Source: Spirogloea muscicola (lineage: Eukaryota). From it: 64,000 bases of DNA. Positions within the stretch are counted from its first letter, which is position 1. The number at the start of each line of letters is the position of its first letter. Shown here one piece after another: positions 61,945 to 64,000 of this stretch. The position numbers and the translations under genes were made by a program. Below the pieces are notes generated by a model. The model had not been told where the DNA came from. It was given only the letters and a program-made list of their open reading frames with translations, and searched no databases. The stretch is from contig WELB01000012.1 of the NCBI GenBank assembly GCA_009602725.1, forward strand, positions 492,701 through 556,700, in the 5' to 3' direction.

Positions 61945-62990
61945 GCCTGTGTGCGAAGTTCGCCAGTCCTTCCAGATCGGCGTCGTTTGCAGGGCACGCG
62001 GTCGGCCTGGCGGCTCGGGGCAAGGAGCGAAAATTTGCTGATCACCCGGTTGGTGATGAATCCGTGGCCCTGGCGATGGATGTACACGGGGCTTTCGGCA
62101 GCCGCTGGCTGGATCTCCTTCAGCGGCTTGCCCGCCAGGCCATTGACCGGCGGCCGGGTCTGCCAGGGGCGATGCCCGGCTTCAAGGCCGCCGGTTCGCT
62201 CGCCCAAGTCTTCCGCATGCGCCTGGCGGTATCACTTCAACGCTCCCTTGCCCACGCCGTCCACACGCGAGCAGGCGTGCCATGGCCGTCGCCTCTGGGT
62301 CTCAGCGGAGTGCCTCTTTCCCTGCAGCGAGCTACTCAGACCTGATGTTGCTCACTCGTGGGTACTGAGCTTCCCTCTGCATCGTCTATGTGTTTTGCAG
62401 TGGTTTGTAGCATAGTCCTTTTTCCGGCTCCTCTTTCTTTGGCTTTGGACATTGTCAATTCTTCTTTAGGCTGGCTTTGCCAGCCCCTCTTCTCCAGGGG
62501 CGAGCACTTTCTCTGTGCGAAGGACTAAGACATCAGCAAAGGGGACTCTCAAAAACCTTTAGTCAGAAGATGCATGTCTGCTCGAGAAAGAGAAAAGTGT
62601 TCGCCCACTGCTCGAGAAAAGTGGTCACCTCGTCGGGCCTTTCTGCATTCCTGTTTTGTTCTCTAGCTTTTCGCACTTGCTGACTAGAGCAAAGTGAGCG
62701 CCCATCGCAGAAGTCACGGAGAGCAGTTTCGCGTGTTTGGCGTCTTCCAACGCTCCCTAGCCCACGCCGTCCACACGCGAGCAGGCCGTGATATGGCTGC
62801 TGCCTCTGGATCTCGGCGGAGTGCCTCTTTCCCTGCAGCGAGCTACTCTGACTTGATGTTGCTCACTCGCGGGTACTGAGCTTCCCTCTGCATCGTCTCG
62901 TGTTTTGTGGTTTAGTCCTTTTTCGGCACCGTTATTTTGGCTTTGGATATTGTCCATTCTTCTTGGGCTGGCTTAGCCAGCCCTTCTTCT
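61945..62990 (+). mobile_element. Two family E CRE 3' copies (~61945-62512 and ~62745-62990)
   Basis: ALAMDVHGAFGSRWLDLLQRLARQA...RLAVSLQRSLAHAVHTRAG and LMLLTRGY*, with a shared 3' UTR GCTTCCCTCTGCATCGTCT. Confidence 0.82.
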
Positions 62991-63514
62991 CTATTTGTTT
63001 CTTCTCTATGAGCGAGCAATTCCTTCTGGCCTTCCAGGGCTCAAAGGGTCCCATCGCTTTCGGCTGTATGTCATAAGCGCTTTGTGGCCCCTTCGGACAG
63101 TTGACATTTCTATGCGGGCTGCCTTTTCGAGGTTTAGAGTGCCTCGTGGGGAAGCCATTTCGTTTTCGCTTGGCCCCGCGCATTTCTTTTGAGCGGCGCC
63201 CGGGCGCTGCGGGGGCCGTCGGCGGCCGGCGTGGACCGCGGGCGAGCTGGCGCGGCGCAGCTGCGGCCCGGCCGAGTTGGGCCGGCGCCTCCCTCCCGCC
63301 GGGGCCCACCTTGTCAATCATTCTCAGGCTCACTGTTCATAGCCCTTGCCTCATCTTTGGGGCAAGGTGTTAGAGCCACTTCTCTCCGCCGGGGGCACCT
63401 GGGCCGCCGACGCCGGGCCGGCCCGCCCCACCCGGTGCGCCGAGGACGAGGAGGGAGGCGCCCCACTGGGCCCACTCCCGCCACTTCTCTCCTTCGCTCC
63501 CGCCGCTTCCTTTC

Positions 63515-64000
63515 TCCCTTGTCAATTCTTCTCGGGCTGGCTTCTCCCAGCCCTTGGCCCCATTTGGAGAGCCACTTTCTTCCTGCCTCTCTCTTCGGGT
63601 ATTGAGTGGTTCACCTCCCCCAACTCTGAGGCAGCGCCTTTGACCCCTTCGAACCTTCTTCATTCGTTTTGGCTTGCTGCTGTCTCAGTCCTTAGCACTC
63701 CGGGTCCTTCAGACCTTGTCCATTGTTTTGGGCTGGCCTCTCCCAGCCACCACTTAATCTGGCCGCGCTTGCTGCTTTGGGCTGGCCGTTCCCAGCCCCT
63801 ATCCTCTATGGGCGAGCTCTGCTTCCCTTTTCACAGCACCTCTGGGAGAGGCAGAGCCCTTGCTGCTGCCTCTGGCTCTGGCCAGGGGACCCGCTTCCAG
63901 GAACCCAGTCTCTCTGACCTGAGGCTGCTTAGCAGGGGTTACTGAGTGCTTCGTAGCTGCTTCGTTTCTTTTCTGTGCTTGTTGTTCTTCGTACTTCCCC
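63515..64000 (+). mobile_element. Tandem chain of CRE 3' fragments (families A-like, D and B), running off the window end
   Basis: Successive hairpin modules, then RALAAASGSGQGTRFQEPSLSDLRLLSRGY*. Confidence 0.8.

Noticed and set aside
1..64000. Recurrent GGGCTGGC...CAGCCC / GAAGAAGTGGCTCTCCC repeats as a CRISPR array or ncRNA family
   Set aside because: They are dispersed, on both strands and irregularly spaced, and many directly follow the retrotransposon C-terminal coding sequence. They are element 3' UTRs; no cas genes were seen.

Overview
GC-rich, intron-containing eukaryotic DNA with two N gaps, most likely from a streptophyte green alga. This assignment is an inference from plant-type OST4, COM1/GR1 and MS1/MMD1-family genes alongside a B12-dependent methylmalonyl-CoA mutase, which land plants lack. 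Spliced genes: plastid FabZ, dihydroneopterin aldolase, SAE2/COM1 (single ORF seen), glucosidase II beta, OST4 (single coding exon), an MS1/MMD1-family PHD finger, an unknown organelle-targeted membrane protein, methylmalonyl-CoA mutase, a mitochondrial-type Der/EngA GTPase and a TBL/PC-esterase-like gene. The most striking system is mobile. One intact CRE-clade non-LTR retrotransposon (RT plus restriction-like endonuclease, ~1300 aa) is accompanied by dozens of 5'-truncated 3' ends from at least five related families. These copies share a 3' hairpin module and TTC-type tails. Several have target-site duplications that start at TTC, and they insert into one another, forming nested intergenic piles; one pile also contains a solo LTR. 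Exon boundaries were read by eye and gene 5' ends are less certain.
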